Shown here one piece after another: positions 1-10,254 of a DNA stretch of 64,000 nucleotides (the first letter of the stretch is position 1; the number at the start of each line of letters is the position of its first letter). The notes beneath the pieces are model-generated. The model saw only the letters and a list, made by a program, of their open reading frames with translations, was not told the origin of the DNA and did not search any database. The position numbers and the translations under genes were made by a program. Origin of the DNA: Nitrospirota bacterium (GTDB lineage: Bacteria > Nitrospirota > UBA9217); contig CAVUHW010000008.1 of assembly GCA_963741205.1 (NCBI GenBank), forward strand, positions 197,045 to 261,044, in the 5' to 3' direction.

Positions 1-253
1 TAATTTTCAACATGGTATCAGAAAGTTCATGCACCTGTCAACCGGGCAAGGCTGTTTGTAAAAAGGCGTGACGGGGCAGGCAGCTACTTTTCTAATTAAT
101 AGAAGTTTTAAACTTATAAATATATTTCGGTCCCGCAGGGCAGAGAGCAATCAGTTTTGCTATAATGATGTTTTTAACTGCTCTTTAACTGCTATAGTGA
201 TGTTCTAAACAGTGATAATTTCCAACGGTTATAGTGCAATTAGTTTTTTTTAT

Positions 254-282
254 TTGACTAAAACAACGAGTACTCATACAAT
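254..282 (+). promoter_or_regulatory. sigma70-type promoter of dsr operon
   Basis: TTGACT (254-259), 17 bp spacer, TACAAT (277-282) in AT-rich DNA ~250 nt upstream of dsrA. Confidence 0.6.
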
Positions 283-532
283 CTTGTGTCTTAACATCTA
301 TTAAAGCCATAACATTATCGGTGAGATGTTTCAGACCCGCCCACCTCATTATTAAAAATTAAAACCGCCTTAAAGAGAAAGGGGGGCCATACAAGTAAAT
401 TGATGAAGCGCAGCCCCCTTGGTTCCAGACGGCTGCGGATTCAGGAGAGCAGTTGTTTCTTTCGGAAGCGTATATGAGTCCGATGACATGTACAGTCGCA
501 GGTGACATAATTTTATAAGGAGGATTATCTAC

Positions 533-1712
533 ATGAGCACAGATGGTAAGACACCGATGCTTGACGAACTGGAAAAAGGCGCGTGGCCGAGTTTCGTAAA
601 AGAGATCAAAAAGGCCGCAAAGAGGACTGATACGGCGAAAGATCTTCTCAACATCCTTGAGAGATCATACAGGGATAAAGTTACCCACTGGAAGCACGGC
701 GGCATCGTGGGCGTCCTTGGTTACGGCGGCGGCGTTATCGGCCGTTACTGTGACCTTCCCCAGGAATATCCTGGCGTTGCTCACTTCCACACTGTTCGTA
801 TCAACCAGCCTGCCGGATTCTACTATACGGCGAGTGCGCTCCGTGAGCTTATGGATATCTGGGACAAATACGGCAGCGGCATGACCAACATGCACGGATC
901 AACAGGCGACCTGGTCCTCCTCGGCACGCAGACCGACAAGCTCGAGACCATCTTTGCGGAAACAACGGCAAAGGGCTGGGACCTCGGCGGCTCCGGTTCT
1001 TGCCTCCGTACCCCGAGCTGCTGCGTCGGTAATTCCCGTTGCGAGTTCTCGAATATCGACACGATGGAAATCTGCGATACACTCACCCACAAGTTCCAGG
1101 ATGAGCTTCATCGTCCCGCGTTCCCCTACAAGTTCAAGATCAAGGTTTCGGGCTGCGCCAACGACTGCGTGGCTTCCATTGCCCGCGCCGACCTGTCCAT
1201 CATCGGCACCTGGCGCGACACCATCCGTATCGATCCAGGCCGAGGTGAAGAACTGCGCCAAGGACATGGACATCAAGACCGAAGTGATCGATATGTGCCC
1301 GACCAAGTGCATGAGCTGGGACGGCAGCACCCTCAAGATCAACGACAAGGATTGCAATCGCTGCATGAACTGCATCAACCGCATGCCCAAGGCGCTGCGC
1401 CCCGGCAAAGAAAAAGGCGCGACCATCATGCTCGGCGGCAAGGCCCCGATCGTGACCGGCGCTCTCATGAGCTGGGTCATCGTTCCCTTCATGAAACTTG
1501 AAAAGCCGTACGATAATCTGGAAGAACTCATCCGCAAGCTCTGGGAATGGTGGGATGATCACGGCAAGAACCGCGAGCGTATCGGCGAGCTCGTCGACCG
1601 TTTGGGCATGAAGTCCATGCTCGATGCAACCGGTCTCCCGGCAGTACCGCAGATGGTGAAAGCCCCCAGGTCGAACCCGTACGTATTCTGGTCACCGGAA
1701 GACGTGAAATAA
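533..1712 (+). CDS. dsrA: dissimilatory sulfite reductase alpha subunit (one frameshift ~1237, probably a sequencing indel)
   Basis: [11 protein letters not shown], siroheme-[4Fe-4S] [10 protein letters not shown] / SGCANDC motifs; C-terminus continues in ORF 954..1712 ([24 protein letters not shown]). Confidence 0.97.
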
Positions 1713-1734
1713 CTTTACAGGAGGAAAACTTAAA

Positions 1735-2808
1735 ATGGCTGACAAACCGAAAAGAATAACAGATATTGGAGCTCCTCACTTTAGCAAATTTCTGCCTCCC
1801 GTGATCGCAAAGAACTACGGGAAATGGAAGTACCATGAAATCATCAACAAAGGCGCGATGAAGCATGTTTCCGAGACCGGCGACGAGCTCTATACGGTTC
1901 GTATGGCATCACCCCGTCTCGTGAGCACCGATTTTATCCGCGAGGTATGCGATCTTGCCGAGAAGTTCTCGGGCGGGCATCTGCGCTTCACGACGCGTAA
2001 CAACATCGAGTTCTTCCCTGCCAAAGCGCAGGTGGAACCGCTCCAGGCCGAGCTCAAGAAGCGCGGCCACCTGGTCGGCGGCATCGGCTACGGCATCAGC
2101 AACGTGGTCCATACCCAGGGCTGGGTGCATTGCCATACCCCGGCAACGGACGCCTCCGGCGTCGTGAAAGCGGTCATGGATGAGCTCCATGAGTATTTCA
2201 CCACGAAGACTCTGCCGGCGCGCGTCAGGATCGCGCTGGCCTGCTGCCTGAATATGTGCGGCGCGGTGCACTGCTCCGATATTGCCATCCTCGGCATTCA
2301 CCGCAAGCCCCCGAAGGTCAACGAGGCAACGATCGGGAACCAGTGCGAAATCCCCACGACCATCGCGTCGTGCCCCACGGGCGCCATCAGCCCGAACCCG
2401 GCCGCGAAGTCGGTGAAGATCAAGGAAGAGCGCTGCATGTACTGCGGCAACTGCTACACGATGTGCCCGTCTCTCCCGCTCGCTGATGCGACCGGTGACG
2501 GCATCTCGATCTGGGTCGGCGGCAAGGTGTCGAACGCACGCGGCCCGGCCCGTATGTCCAAGCTGGCCATTCCGTTCCTCCCGAACAATCCTCCGCGGTG
2601 GCCGGAAGTCGTGAAGGCAGTGAAGCACCTGGTCGAGGTCTACGCCAAGGACGCACGCAAGCATGAGCGTGTGGGCGAGTGGATCGAGCGCATAGGCTGG
2701 GAGCGCTTCTTCAAGATAACAGGCATAGCGTTCACTCAGATGCATATCGACGATTTCACCTTTGCGCGCGATACGTTCAGAATGACCCCGACCTTCAAGT
2801 GGGAATAG
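1735..2808 (+). CDS. dsrB: dissimilatory sulfite reductase beta subunit
   Basis: [52 protein letters not shown]. Confidence 0.98.
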   Translation: MADKPKRITDIGAPHFSKFLPPVIAKNYGKWKYHEIINKGAMKHVSETGDELYTVRMASPRLVSTDFIREVCDLAEKFSGGHLRFTTRNNIEFFPAKAQVEPLQAELKKRGHLVGGIGYGISNVVHTQGWVHCHTPATDASGVVKAVMDELHEYFTTKTLPARVRIALACCLNMCGAVHCSDIAILGIHRKPPKVNEATIGNQCEIPTTIASCPTGAISPNPAAKSVKIKEERCMYCGNCYTMCPSLPLADATGDGISIWVGGKVSNARGPARMSKLAIPFLPNNPPRWPEVVKAVKHLVEVYAKDARKHERVGEWIERIGWERFFKITGIAFTQMHIDDFTFARDTFRMTPTFKWE

Positions 2809-2823
2809 TGGAATAACGTCATG

Positions 2824-2855
2824 CCGGCCCCGGTCATGGACCGGGGCCGGTTTTA
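2824..2855 (+). terminator. GC-rich hairpin between dsrB and dsrD (terminator/stabiliser)
   Basis: CCGGCCCCGGTC-ATG-GACCGGGGCCGG followed by TTTTAT. Confidence 0.6.
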
Positions 2856-2890
2856 TGGCGATCTGAGCGACCTAAATGGAGGGGACGAAT

Positions 2891-3127
2891 ATGGATGCTG
2901 AAGAACTGCAGAAAAAAGTATATGCGCTGGTAGAAAAGAGCCAGGGCAAAAAGAAGCTGAAACCCAAGGACATCAGCAATGCCATGGAGGCCGAAGGCGC
3001 GACGCAGGCTGAGGTCAAAGCCGCGCTCCGCGTGCTGATAGACGGCGGCAAACTGGTGTATTCGTATTTCGGCGGAACCGCCGTAGAGATCCCGCACACG
3101 GAAGGTTCGGCCAATCCGCAATCCTAA
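2891..3127 (+). CDS. dsrD: DsrD, activator of DsrAB
   Basis: 78 aa Lys-rich winged-helix-type protein (KKKLKPKD...VKAALRVLIDGGKLVYSYFGG) directly after dsrB. Confidence 0.88.
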   Translation: MDAEELQKKVYALVEKSQGKKKLKPKDISNAMEAEGATQAEVKAALRVLIDGGKLVYSYFGGTAVEIPHTEGSANPQS

Positions 3128-4540
3128 TGCAGAGTGTTCCGAGGCTGGTGCTTTCAGCCACGAGGGGAGGGCTGGGCAAGACCACCCTTTCGCTCGGCAT
3201 TATCGCTGCCTGGCGGAACAGAGGCAGGCAGGTTGCGGTTTTTAAAAAGGGACCGGATTTTATCGACGCGGGCTGGCTCGGGGTTGCGGCAGGCAGGCCG
3301 TGCTATAATCTCGATCTTTTCATGATGGATCAGGAAAGCATCCGGCGGTCCTTCGTGGACCACACAGCGCGCATGGATGCCGCCGTGATCGAGGGGAACA
3401 GGGGCCTCTATGACGGCGTGGACGAGTCCGGGGCATTACAGTACGGCACGGCTTGCAAACCTGCTCGGGGCCCCCGTGGCGCTCATCGTCGATTGCACCA
3501 AGGCGACGAGCACCGTAGCGGCTCTGGTGCTCGGATGCAGGCAGTATGATCCCGAGGTCAATCTGGGCGGGGTCATTCTCAATAATGTTTCATCAGGACG
3601 TCATGAAAACGTCATTCGAAAGGCGATAGCGAAGAGCAGCGGACTTCCGGTGCTCGGTGCGGTGCCCCGACAGCGGGGCGGAGAATTTCCTGAACGGCAC
3701 ATGGGGTTGACGCCGTTCCATGAACATCCGGAAGTTGGACAGGCGCTCCAGGGGGCCGCGACGCTCGTCGAACGTTACCTTGACCTTGATGCACTCTGGA
3801 CCGCTGGCCGGCTCCGTTCCCGAGATTGCTGTGACGCCGACCGAAGCATTCGGTTCCCGATCCTGATCAAGGCGAGCCGGTCGTTATCGGAGTGATCAGG
3901 GACAAGGCGTTTCAGTTTTACTATCCCGATAACCTGGAAGAGCTTGAACGGCACGGCGCTGTGCTCCGGGAAATCAATGCACTCCGGGACCGTGCACTAC
4001 CCGAAGATATCGACGCTCTTTATATCGGAGGCGGCTTTCCTGAAACGCAGGCCGCCGAGCTGGCAGCGAATGAAAGCTTCTGCAGATCGGTCGAAAGCGG
4101 CGGCGGAAAACGGTCTTCCCATATATGCGGAATGCGGGGGGCTCATCTATCTCGGCCGCAGCCTTTCTGTCGGAGAGAAGCGATATCCCATGACCGCAGT
4201 ATTGCCGGTGGACTTTGTCCTGGAAAAGCGTCCGCAGGCGCACGGGTATACCGTCCTGGAATCGGGCGGCTCAAGCCTCTTCCTTGATAAAGGGATCAGC
4301 ATACGCGGGCATGAGTTTCATTATTCCCGGATTTCGCATATTGACGGATCGTTGTCGATGGCGTATGATGTGCAGCGCGGCTTCGGGATCGACGGCAAGA
4401 GCGATGGTATCCTCTACAAGAACGTCGCGGCATCCTACACGCACATTCATGCCCTGGCCACGCCGCAGTGGGCTCCGGCCATGGTGCGGAAGGCCCGTGA
4501 GCACCACGGGCACTGGCAGCGGGCAGAGAAAGCAGGTTAG
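3127..4540 (+). CDS. dsrN: siroheme amidase (cobyrinate a,c-diamide synthase family), several frameshifts
   Basis: GGLGKTT, FKKGPDFID, EGNRGLYDG, PERHMGL, GGGFPE, YAECGG, GHEFHYS, YTHIH spread over ORFs 3127..3549, 3410..3895, 3892..4287, 3944..4540. Confidence 0.92.
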
Positions 4541-4543
4541 CCG

Positions 4544-4910
4544 TTGAGGTCAGGAAGCAGAGAAGGTCTTGAGCCGGTCTGTCCGTTTTGTCATACCAAG
4601 TTCGACCGCCCGACGACTCTTGTTCTCAATGCCATGGAAAGCGTGCTGGGCGGCGCCTGCGGCGCCTGCGGCGCGATCTACATCGTAGATCCGACGAGCA
4701 AGAACGTGGGAGAAGTAATGATGCAGGCCCTCGGCATTGCGGCACAGAAACTGTCGAAAGACCTGTCCGAGCTGGTTGCCGAAGAAGATTACGAAGATGC
4801 GGTGTTGAATTACGACATCGCGGACACACCGCTCAACCGGCGTCAGCCGCGGTTTTATGGATAATTACGGACGACTGTATTTTTTGAAAGTGAAACGGAA
4901 ACCTGAATGA
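4544..4910 (+). CDS. hypothetical Zn-ribbon-like protein (CPFC...CGACG); frameshift ~4820
   Basis: ORF 4544..4864; shifted frame continues RTHRSTGVSRGFMDNYGRLYFLKVKRKPE* to 4910. Confidence 0.7.
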
Positions 4911-5027
4911 CAGTTGCCTGTCCGGTTTTCTGACGATGCCAAAACAAGTTGCGAGGGAAGAGACAGGGAACAATAATAGGGGAGCTCACGAGGCACCCGA
5001 ACATATCAATGAAAGGGGACAGAAACG

Positions 5028-5363
5028 ATGGGAACGATTTCGGTAAAAGGTAAGACGATTGAAGTGGATGAGGACGGGTTCCTGGCCAATTTGGACGACT
5101 GGAGCATGGATGTCGCCAACTATTTTGCGGAGGTCGAAGGAATCGAGATGAGCCAGCAGCACTGGGAAGTCGTGAATTTCCTCCGCGACTACTACAAGCA
5201 GTATCAGATCGCGCCGATGATCAAGATCCTCGTGAAGGAAATCGGCAAGAAGCTCGGGCCCGACAAGGGCAACACCAAATATCTCTATGAGCTTTATCCG
5301 GGCGGTCCGGCGAAACAGGCATGTAAAATCGCAGGCCTTCCGAAGCCGACCGGCTGCGTATAG
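5028..5363 (+). CDS. dsrC: DsrC sulfur carrier
   Basis: DEDGFL, HWEVVNFLRDYY, C-terminal two-Cys arm ACKIAGLPKPTGCV. Confidence 0.97.
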   Translation: MGTISVKGKTIEVDEDGFLANLDDWSMDVANYFAEVEGIEMSQQHWEVVNFLRDYYKQYQIAPMIKILVKEIGKKLGPDKGNTKYLYELYPGGPAKQACKIAGLPKPTGCV

Positions 5364-5565
5364 TTTTTTTGGATTCAAGATTCCGCAGCGAGACGCGACG
5401 CCACGGAGAAGTGTGGGGTTTCAGGGCCGGGCAGCACGTGCTGAGCGTATGCATGCCGCGAGACGAAGCTCGTCCGCGTATGTAACGGCGGCAGCGTCCC
5501 CGGTCTGCCAGGGAGCAGCGCAAGCAGAGCGCGTGCAGATTCACGGCAAGGAGGAAGTAACCGCC

Positions 5566-5751
5566 ATGTACATGGTTACAGTTGACAAAAATAAGTGCGA
5601 CGGCGACGGCACATGCGTCAATGTTTGCCCGCAGTCAGTGTTCCAACTGGAGGGCGGCAAGGCCGAACCGGTGAACATGTCCGAATGCATCAACTGTCTT
5701 ACCTGCGTGGAGAACTGCCCGCAGCAGGCAATCACGGTTACCGAAATTTAA
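5566..5751 (+). CDS. ferredoxin, dicluster with CxxDxxC first motif (copy 1)
   Basis: AGGAGG RBS; 61 aa with CDGDGTCVNVCP and CINCLTCVENCP. Confidence 0.92.
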   Translation: MYMVTVDKNKCDGDGTCVNVCPQSVFQLEGGKAEPVNMSECINCLTCVENCPQQAITVTEI

Positions 5752-5775
5752 TGCTGGAGCTGACAGGCATCCGAA

Positions 5776-5809
5776 GGGGATAGTTGAATAAATTATCCCC
5801 TGTTTTTTT
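5776..5809 (+). terminator. probable intrinsic terminator after ferredoxin
   Basis: GGGGATAGTT-GAAT-AAATTATCCCC followed by TGTTTTTT. Confidence 0.55.
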
Positions 5810-5835
5810 ACCTTGAAATCGTCCCAGGAGGTGAG

Positions 5836-6138
5836 ATGATGAAACTTGCGGTTTTTTTAAGCGACTGGAGAAGGACTGAAGATACATTCGAGAAAATGAA
5901 GGCCGACAAGATGGGGGTAATCTTCGTCGGCAACGGCGTTTACCATGCCGTCGTCAAGGAGAACGGGAAGGACTCTCCCGTGTTGTCCAAGGCGGGCGCA
6001 AGCTTTTATGTGCTGTCGGACGACCTCGAAACCAGAGGGTTTACTTCAGCGCAGGTGAATTCCAAGGTGAAGGTCATCGGCTACGGCGACATCGTCGATC
6101 TCATCATGAACGACTACGAGAAGACAGCGTGGTTGTAG
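5836..6138 (+). CDS. DsrH/TusB-like sulfurtransferase subunit
   Basis: GNGVYHA, YVLSDDLETRG, VIGYGDIVDLI match the DsrH/TusB pattern. Confidence 0.8.
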   Translation: MMKLAVFLSDWRRTEDTFEKMKADKMGVIFVGNGVYHAVVKENGKDSPVLSKAGASFYVLSDDLETRGFTSAQVNSKVKVIGYGDIVDLIMNDYEKTAWL

Positions 6139-6236
6139 TATGAAAAGCACGAGGGACGAGGAGTAACCGCCCGTTGTCCGGGTGGACGAAGCGCGCAGTC
6201 GTCCTGCGTCCATCGCGTATTTTAAAGGAGGCTATC

Positions 6237-6597
6237 ATGGCAGAACTGACATTAGGCGTATTCCCTTCTCTGGTCGGCTCGATGACGCTTGACTTCTCAT
6301 TCAAGCTCGCCGAGGCCGCTATCTCCAAGGGCCACAAGGTGAACATGTGGCTGTCCGGCAACGCGGTGATGATGGCCAAGAAGGGGCAGAGAGCATTCAA
6401 GGATTATTCGTTTAATGAGAAAAAACATGATGGAGCTGATCGCAAAGGGCATGGCGATCACCGTGTGCGAGGCCTGCGCCGAGGCGCGGGGCTACCATAA
6501 GGAAGACACGCCCGAGGGAATGAAACGCGCAAGCATGGATTGGTTCCTGGCGAAGACCGACAAGACCGACCGACTGCTCCATATAGGAGGTGAGTAA
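6237..6597 (+). CDS. DsrE/TusD-like sulfurtransferase subunit; frameshift in A-run ~6420
   Basis: LAEAAISKGHKVNMWLSGNAV then VCEACAEARG (catalytic-Cys region). Confidence 0.85.
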
Positions 6598-7011
6598 ATG
6601 GGTGCCGTAAAATTAATGTTCGTTGTTCAGAGACCGCCCTACAAGAGTGAAAACCCCCGCCTGGCGCTTACCCATGCGATCTGCGAGCCAGACCGCCGAG
6701 ATCTATATGGACGACGGCGACTCCGTTGTCCCGACCGTCGTGTTCGTTGGAGACGGCGTGCTGAACGCGGTAAAAAACCAGCAGGCCATGAAATTGTACG
6801 GCGTGACGAGCACCGAGAGCCACATCAAAAATTGCCTGCTCATCGATATGCCGATCTGGGTGTGCAAGGAAGATATGGAGCGCCTCGGCTTGAAGAGGAC
6901 CAGATGGTCGCCGATGCCGATGAAATGGGCGCCGAGCTCAGGACGCAGTTCGTTTCATTCGCGGACATCCAGAAAGAGATGGAGTCGGTTAAGCACCTGC
7001 TGTTCTTCTAG
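6598..7011 (+). CDS. DsrF/TusC-like subunit; two frameshifts
   Basis: QRPPY, VVFVGDGV, WVCKEDMERLG, C-terminal HLLFF. Confidence 0.8.
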   Translation: MGAVKLMFVVQRPPYKSENPRLALTHAICEPDRRDLYGRRRLRCPDRRVRWRRRAERGKKPAGHEIVRRDEHREPHQKLPAHRYADLGVQGRYGAPRLEEDQMVADADEMGAELRTQFVSFADIQKEMESVKHLLFF

Positions 7012-7050
7012 CGGGCACTGAGGCGCCGCAGGGACTTCATCGTCGGCTTT

Positions 7051-7576
7051 GTGAAGGATATGAATCTCAATCAACATCTCAAAGAAAAGAAACCCGATAT
7101 CCTGAAGAAATGGTTCGATGCGATCGCCGGGACCTATGCGAACGAGACGACCACCTTTTTAAAAAAGCAGAAGGCCCAGTTTACGAATCCCGTCGGCTAT
7201 ACCTTGGCGGAAGGGATCGATGGTCTCTTCGAGGGACTGCTCAAGGGGCTGTTGCCCGATGAGGTTTCCCGGTTTCTCGACAGCATCGTCAGAATCAGGG
7301 CGATCCAGGATTTTACGCCATCCGAGGCCGTTTCGTTTATCTTTCATGCTCAAGAACGTGGTCCGGCAGGAACTCGGCAGCGAGGCACTGGCTCAGCAGG
7401 GCATTGCCGAAGAACTCGTGACCTTCGAGTCCGCTGTAGACGACCTGGCCCTGTACGCATTCGATCTCTACATGAAATGCCGGGAAAAAATCTATGAGCT
7501 CAAGGCGAACGAAGCGAGAAGTATGACCTTCAGGCTCTTGCAGCAGGCGCGTCTGATCGTCGACAACCAGGACTGA
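7051..7576 (+). CDS. dsrT: DsrT (RsbRD-N domain); frameshift ~7345
   Basis: KKWFD, FTNPVG, IRAIQDFTPSEAVSF, AFDLYMKCREKIYELK; directly upstream of dsrM. Confidence 0.9.
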
Positions 7577-7632
7577 CAGAGGGGTTCGAAGATCGCTTGG
7601 GCTGCTAACCTAAATCGAAAAGAGGTAACGAA

Positions 7633-8632
7633 ATGAAAGCTTACAATTTCTTTCATTGCAGTGCTGGCCCTCGCGGCGATAGCCTATGCGGGGGTGGCGA
7701 TGGGGAACATGCAGTACCTCTTCGGGGTTGTCATTCCCTATCTGGCGGTTGCTCGTTTTTGTCATCTTCATGATCGTCGCGCATAGTGAAGTGGGGCAGC
7801 TCACCGAATCCCTTTCGCATCCCCACGACCTGCGGACAGCAGAAATCCCTTCCCTGGATCAAACACAGCAAGCTGGAAAACCCCTCGGGCGTCCTCGGCG
7901 TCGCGGGCAGGATGGCCCTGGAAGTTCTGTTCTTCCGCTCCCTCTTCAGAAACCTGAAGACTGCATTGACGCACAAGGGATCTCAGCTCGCTTACGGAGA
8001 GGCGAAATGGCTCTGGGCCGCGGGCATGGCGTTCCATTGGTCTTTCCTCTTCATTTTGATCAGGCACCTGCGGTTTTTTACCGAGCAGGTGCCGGTGGCG
8101 GTGAAGATGGCGGAAGGGCTTGACAGCTTCCTCCAGATCGGGACCCCGCTCCTGTATATAACCGATGTCCTGCTTCTCGGTGCCGTGCTCTATGCTCTTC
8201 ATCAGGAGGGTCGGGCTTCCCCAGATGCGGTATTTGTCCCTCGCCAACGATTATTTCCCCCTCTTCGTGATCTTCGGCATCGGCCTCACGGGCGTGCTGA
8301 TGCGCTATTTCTATAAAACGGACCTCATCAGCATAAAGATGCTGGCCATGGGACTCGTAAGCCTCAGCCCGGCGGTCCCCAAGGGGATCGGCCCGCTTTT
8401 CTACGTCCACCTGTTCCTCGTCTGCACGCTGTTCGCCTACTTCCCCTTCAGCAAGCTGGTGCACATGGGCGGCGTGTTCATGAGCCCGACCCGGGTGCTG
8501 GCGAACACCAGCCGCTCGAAGCAGCATGTCAACCCCTGGAACTACCCGGTCCATGTCCACACCTACGAAGAATACGAAAATGATTTCAGGGCTAAGATGA
8601 AAGATGCCGGCCTGCCGGTCGAAAAGGAGTAA
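7633..8632 (+). CDS. dsrM: DsrM membrane b-type cytochrome; several frameshifts
   Basis: PFRIPTTCGQQKSL, FHWSF, RHLRFF, YFPFSKLVHMGG, HVNPWN. Confidence 0.93.
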
Positions 8633-8634
8633 TC

Positions 8635-10254
8635 ATGGCGAAACTTCCGAAACCAGAAGAGCTGGCGAAAATTGATTACACGATGCCGAAAACGGACTGG
8701 ATGGATACGCCCGTTGTGATCAAAGAAGGCATGTTCTGTCACGGCTCGAAGCCGAAAAGTCTGGAGATCGTAGGTTTCCCGAACCCGCGGGACTGGAGAC
8801 CCGCTGACGCGGACTGGAAACTTCCCGAAAACTGGAAGCAGATCATCCTCGAGGGGATCGCGGAGCGCCTTGAAAAGTACCGGTCCTTCCGGCTTTTCAT
8901 GGATATCTGCGTGCGCTGCGGCGCCTGTGCGGACAAGTGCCACTTCTTCATCGGCACCGGCGATCCGAAGAACATGCCGGTGCTCCGGGCCGAGCTCATC
9001 CGTTCGGTCTATAGAAAAGAATTCACGCTCGCCGGGAAGCTCTTCGGCAAGATGGCCGGCGCCCGGGAACTTACCGTCGATGTGCTGAAGGAGTGGTGGT
9101 ACTACTTCTACCAGTGCACCGAGTGCCGCCGCTGCTCGGTCTTCTGCCCCTACGGCATCGACCAGGCCGAGATCACGATAATCGGACGGGAGCTCTTGAA
9201 TCTGCTCGGCCTGAACATCGAGTGGATCGCGGGGCCGGTCTCTAACTGCTACATGAAGGGCAACCACCTGGGCCTCGAGCCCCACACGATCGTCGGAAAC
9301 CTCGAATACATGCTCGACGACATCGAAACCGTCACTGGCAAAAGGATCAAGCCGACCTTCAACCGGAAGGGCGCCGAGATCCTGTTCGTTACGCCGTCGG
9401 GCGACCTCTTTGCGGATCCCGGCACCTACACGGCCATGGGCTATCTCATGCTGTTCGAGGAACTCGGCCTGGACTACACCTGGAGCACCTACGCCTCGGA
9501 AGGCGGCAACTTCGGGTTCTTTACCTCAAACGAGATGGCCAAGCGGCTCAATTCCAAGATCTACGCCGAGGCCAAGCGGCTCGGCGTGAAGTGGATCCTG
9601 GGCGGAGAGTGCGGCCACATGTGGCGGGTGCTCTCCCAGTACATGGACACCTGGAACGGTCCGGCCGATTTCCTCGAGGTCCCGAAATCTCCGATCACCG
9701 GCACGGTCTTCGAGAACGCGAAATCCATGAAGATGGTCCACGTCGCGGAGTTCACCGCGGACCTGATCAAGAACAACAAGCTCAAGCTCGATCCGAAGCG
9801 GAACGACCACCTCAAGGTGACCTGGCACGACTCCTGTAATACCTCCCGCGGCATGGGCCTCTTGGATGAGCCGCGCTACGTGCTCAAGAGTGTGGTGAAC
9901 CACTTCTACGAGATGCCGGAGGACACCATCCGCGAAAAGACCTTCTGCTGCGGCAGCGGCACGGGCTTGAACGCCTCGGAAGATATGGACCTCAGGATGA
10001 AGGGCGGGTTCCCCCGCGCGAACGCGGTCAAGTTCGTCGCCGAGCATCACGGCGTCAACATGCTGGCCAACATCTGCGCCATCGACCGGGCGACGCTCAA
10101 GGCGCTCATGGAATACTGGGTGCCCAGCGTGGGCGTCTGCGGCCTTCACGAACTCGTGGCAAACGCCCTCATCATGACCGGCGAGAAGGAACGGACGACC
10201 GACCTGCGCGGCGAGCCTCTTCCGTCAGCCCAAGTGAAGGAGGAAAAGGCCTAA
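8635..10254 (+). CDS. dsrK: DsrK (HdrD-like, CCG domain)
   Basis: CVRCGACADKC, CTECRRCSVFCP, GECGH, HDSCN, CCGSG, CAID. Confidence 0.97.
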   Translation: MAKLPKPEELAKIDYTMPKTDWMDTPVVIKEGMFCHGSKPKSLEIVGFPNPRDWRPADADWKLPENWKQIILEGIAERLEKYRSFRLFMDICVRCGACADKCHFFIGTGDPKNMPVLRAELIRSVYRKEFTLAGKLFGKMAGARELTVDVLKEWWYYFYQCTECRRCSVFCPYGIDQAEITIIGRELLNLLGLNIEWIAGPVSNCYMKGNHLGLEPHTIVGNLEYMLDDIETVTGKRIKPTFNRKGAEILFVTPSGDLFADPGTYTAMGYLMLFEELGLDYTWSTYASEGGNFGFFTSNEMAKRLNSKIYAEAKRLGVKWILGGECGHMWRVLSQYMDTWNGPADFLEVPKSPITGTVFENAKSMKMVHVAEFTADLIKNNKLKLDPKRNDHLKVTWHDSCNTSRGMGLLDEPRYVLKSVVNHFYEMPEDTIREKTFCCGSGTGLNASEDMDLRMKGGFPRANAVKFVAEHHGVNMLANICAIDRATLKALMEYWVPSVGVCGLHELVANALIMTGEKERTTDLRGEPLPSAQVKEEKA

